In this document: positions 62,482 to 64,000 of the stretch, in pieces
Numbering within the stretch: the first letter of the stretch is position 1
Layout of the letters: each line of letters begins with the position of its first letter
From: Chloroflexota bacterium
GTDB lineage: Bacteria > Chloroflexota > Limnocylindria > Limnocylindrales > CSP1-4
Direction: 5' to 3'
Assembly: GCA_016191425.1 (NCBI GenBank)
Contig: JACPOR010000025.1
Location: 14,633-78,632 of the forward strand
DNA length: 64,000 bases
Position numbers and translations under genes: made by a program
Notes under the pieces: generated by a model
Seen by the model: the letters and a program-made list of their open reading frames with translations, nothing else
Told to the model about the DNA's origin: nothing
The model's database searches: none

Positions 62482-63611
62482 TCAGATCCGGAGCTGCCGG
62501 ACAACGCGCCGCAGGGCGCTGTCCAGCGTGCTCGTCGCCTGGCCGAGTTCGATCGCCTGGAAGGCAAGGCCCATCGGCGTGACGTCCTGCTGGTCGACGA
62601 GAAGCCTGGTTTCGTCACGGATGGTCTCGACCTGATCGGGCGCCATGATCGCGACCTCGGGCGGCCGTGAGAAGGGCAGGGCCTTCGAGAATGCGGGGTC
62701 GGCGAGTGCCGCCCGGATCTCGGGGAGACGCGTGCCGCCACCGCAGAGGTAGATCCGCCCCGGCAGCAGGTCTCCAGCCGCGAGTTCCTCCAGGACCAGC
62801 TCCACGCCCGCGGCCCAGACCGCCACGTCGTCCGCGACGATGGCGCGAACGTCATCGGCCGCCTCTCCCGCGATGCCTCGGGCGTAGTCAACCTTCAACG
62901 CCTCGGCCCGCGGAAACGGGAGCTCCAGGCGATCGGCGATCGACTTGGTGAACGCGCGGCCCCCCAGGGCGAACATGCGGGTACCCTCGATCCCGCCCTG
63001 TCGGACCAGGGCAACGTCGGTCGTGCCACCGCCGACGTCGACGAACAGGGCCCCACCTTGCCGCACCTGCTCGCTGTTGAGCGCCCGGGCAACCGCGTAC
63101 GGCTCGGCCACAACCTCGATCAGGTCGAGTTCGAGCTGCGAGGCAACGCTCTGGAGGGCGCCGAGATGGACGAGCGGCGCGAAGGCGTTGAAGATCGAGA
63201 TCTTGACGTGGCGGCCCTTGAACCCCACGGGGTTGGAGACGGCATAGCCGTCGATCCACGCTCCGACCACGGCGGCGTGGAGCGCTCCTGCGAGGTGGTC
63301 GTGGTGAAGCCCTTCACCAGCTCACCGGCGATCCCGATGACGACCTGGCGCGGCCGGAAGCCGGCCATCTCCTCGGCTTCCTGGAGGGCCACCGAGCAGT
63401 TGTCGACGACCGCCGAGATGTCGGCCACGGTCCCGGATTGCATGTGGGACAGGCCCTGCCGCTTGCGGCCCACACCGCGGACGATCCCACGCCGTTCGTC
63501 GTCGATGTCGAAGACGAGGGCCTTGGCGAACTCCGTACCGATGTCGAGCGCCGTGCAGGCGGTGAGCGCCTGGCCGTCGTCGCGTCCCCAGATCCGCCGC
63601 AGGAAGGTCAT
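62482..63611 (-). pseudogene. FtsA/PilM-like actin-fold ATPase, split by a frameshift near 63255-63330
   Basis: The N-terminal part (frame of ORF 63120..63776, ATG 63611) has ALDIGTEFAKALVFD and VVIGIAGELVKG. The C-terminal part (ORF 62482..63270) has WIDGYAVSNPVGFKG, VVAEPYAVARAL, LFVDVGGGTTDVALV and IYLCGGGTRLPEI. The two ORFs overlap by 150 nt in different frames. Confidence 0.7.
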
Positions 63612-63663
63612 CGAGGCGGGACGCTCCAAGGCGTCGTGCGCGCCCCCGGGATCCCCGTCGCGG

Positions 63664-64000
63664 TCATGTGTTCCGCCCGGCGGCGTCGGCCAGGGCCGCA
63701 GCGAGCGCGTCGAGGGCGGCCGCCAGGCCGTCGCGATTCGTCCCTCGCCCCTGCGCCATCCCGGGCTTGCCGCCACCTCTTCCGTCGATCGCCGGCATCG
63801 CCGCCCGGATGAGATCAGCCGCCCCGATCCCTCGCCCCACCAGGTCGTCCGACACGCTGACGAACAGCTGCGGCTCGTCCGCCTCCAGACCCAGCGCGAT
63901 GACGCCGCTCGGGAGCAGGCCGCGGAGATCCCTGGCCACGGCTTTCAGGGCCTCCATCGAACCCCACTCACCGTTGACAGCGACCGCGCGGACGCCCGGT
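63664..64000 (-). CDS. alaS: alanine--tRNA ligase (C-terminal DHHA1 end; partial, N-terminus beyond window)
   Basis: GVIALGLEADEPQLFVSVSDDLVGRGIGAADLIRAAMPAIDGRGGGKPGMAQGRG is the typical AlaS C-terminus. The frame stays open to the window edge. Confidence 0.85.
   Translation of the reverse strand, partial: PGVRAVAVNGEWGSMEALKAVARDLRGLLPSGVIALGLEADEPQLFVSVSDDLVGRGIGAADLIRAAMPAIDGRGGGKPGMAQGRGTNRDGLAAALDALAAALADAAGRNT

Noticed and set aside
63255-63330. Programmed ribosomal frameshift in the FtsA-like gene
   Set aside because: No X-XXY-YYZ slippery heptamer or downstream pseudoknot or hairpin is evident at the frame junction, and the 150-nt overlap of the two frames is atypical for programmed shifts.

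Overview
GC-rich (roughly two-thirds G+C by eye) bacterial chromosomal segment. About 60 protein genes are packed tightly, and nearly all lie on the minus strand. Gene content and order look like a high-GC Gram-positive lineage (Actinomycetota-like), but I cannot confirm taxonomy without a search. The supporting features are a DUF881 pair, nrdR, an LCP family protein, an Rv0338c/EtfD-like Fe-S oxidoreductase beside etfBA, and the runs scpA-scpB-rluB, cmk-ispH-der-gpsA, xerD-recN-nadK-tlyA-dxs-xseBA and alaS...ruvX-mltG-pepP-efp. Most of the window is core housekeeping: Moco biosynthesis moeA-moaC-mog, acyl-CoA dehydrogenase with etfBA, two site-2 proteases, transporters, and two tRNAs (Arg-CCT, Pro-GGG). 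Many adjacent genes overlap by 4 nt (GTGA/ATGA) or 1 nt (TGATG), which implies long translationally coupled operons. I saw no CRISPR array, transposase, phage integrase or recognisable defence system. Points worth a second look: (1) a secreted-protein plus two paralogous lipoproteins operon behind a candidate promoter whose spacer holds a G10/C10 homopolymer; (2) a roughly 760 bp apparently non-coding, repeat-rich stretch with 43-bp periodic hairpin repeats, and a 15-bp x7 minisatellite, both close to tRNA-Pro; (3) tandem NrdR boxes in front of an nrdR-dcd operon; (4) an EF-P with Arg at the modified loop tip; (5) two disrupted genes, an LCP with an in-frame TGA and a frameshifted FtsA-like ATPase; (6) an actin-like ATPase plus large membrane protein pair inserted between alaS and ruvX; (7) recurrent in-frame tandem duplications in the tails of housekeeping genes. 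All functional calls rest on motif recognition from translated ORFs. No database search was possible.
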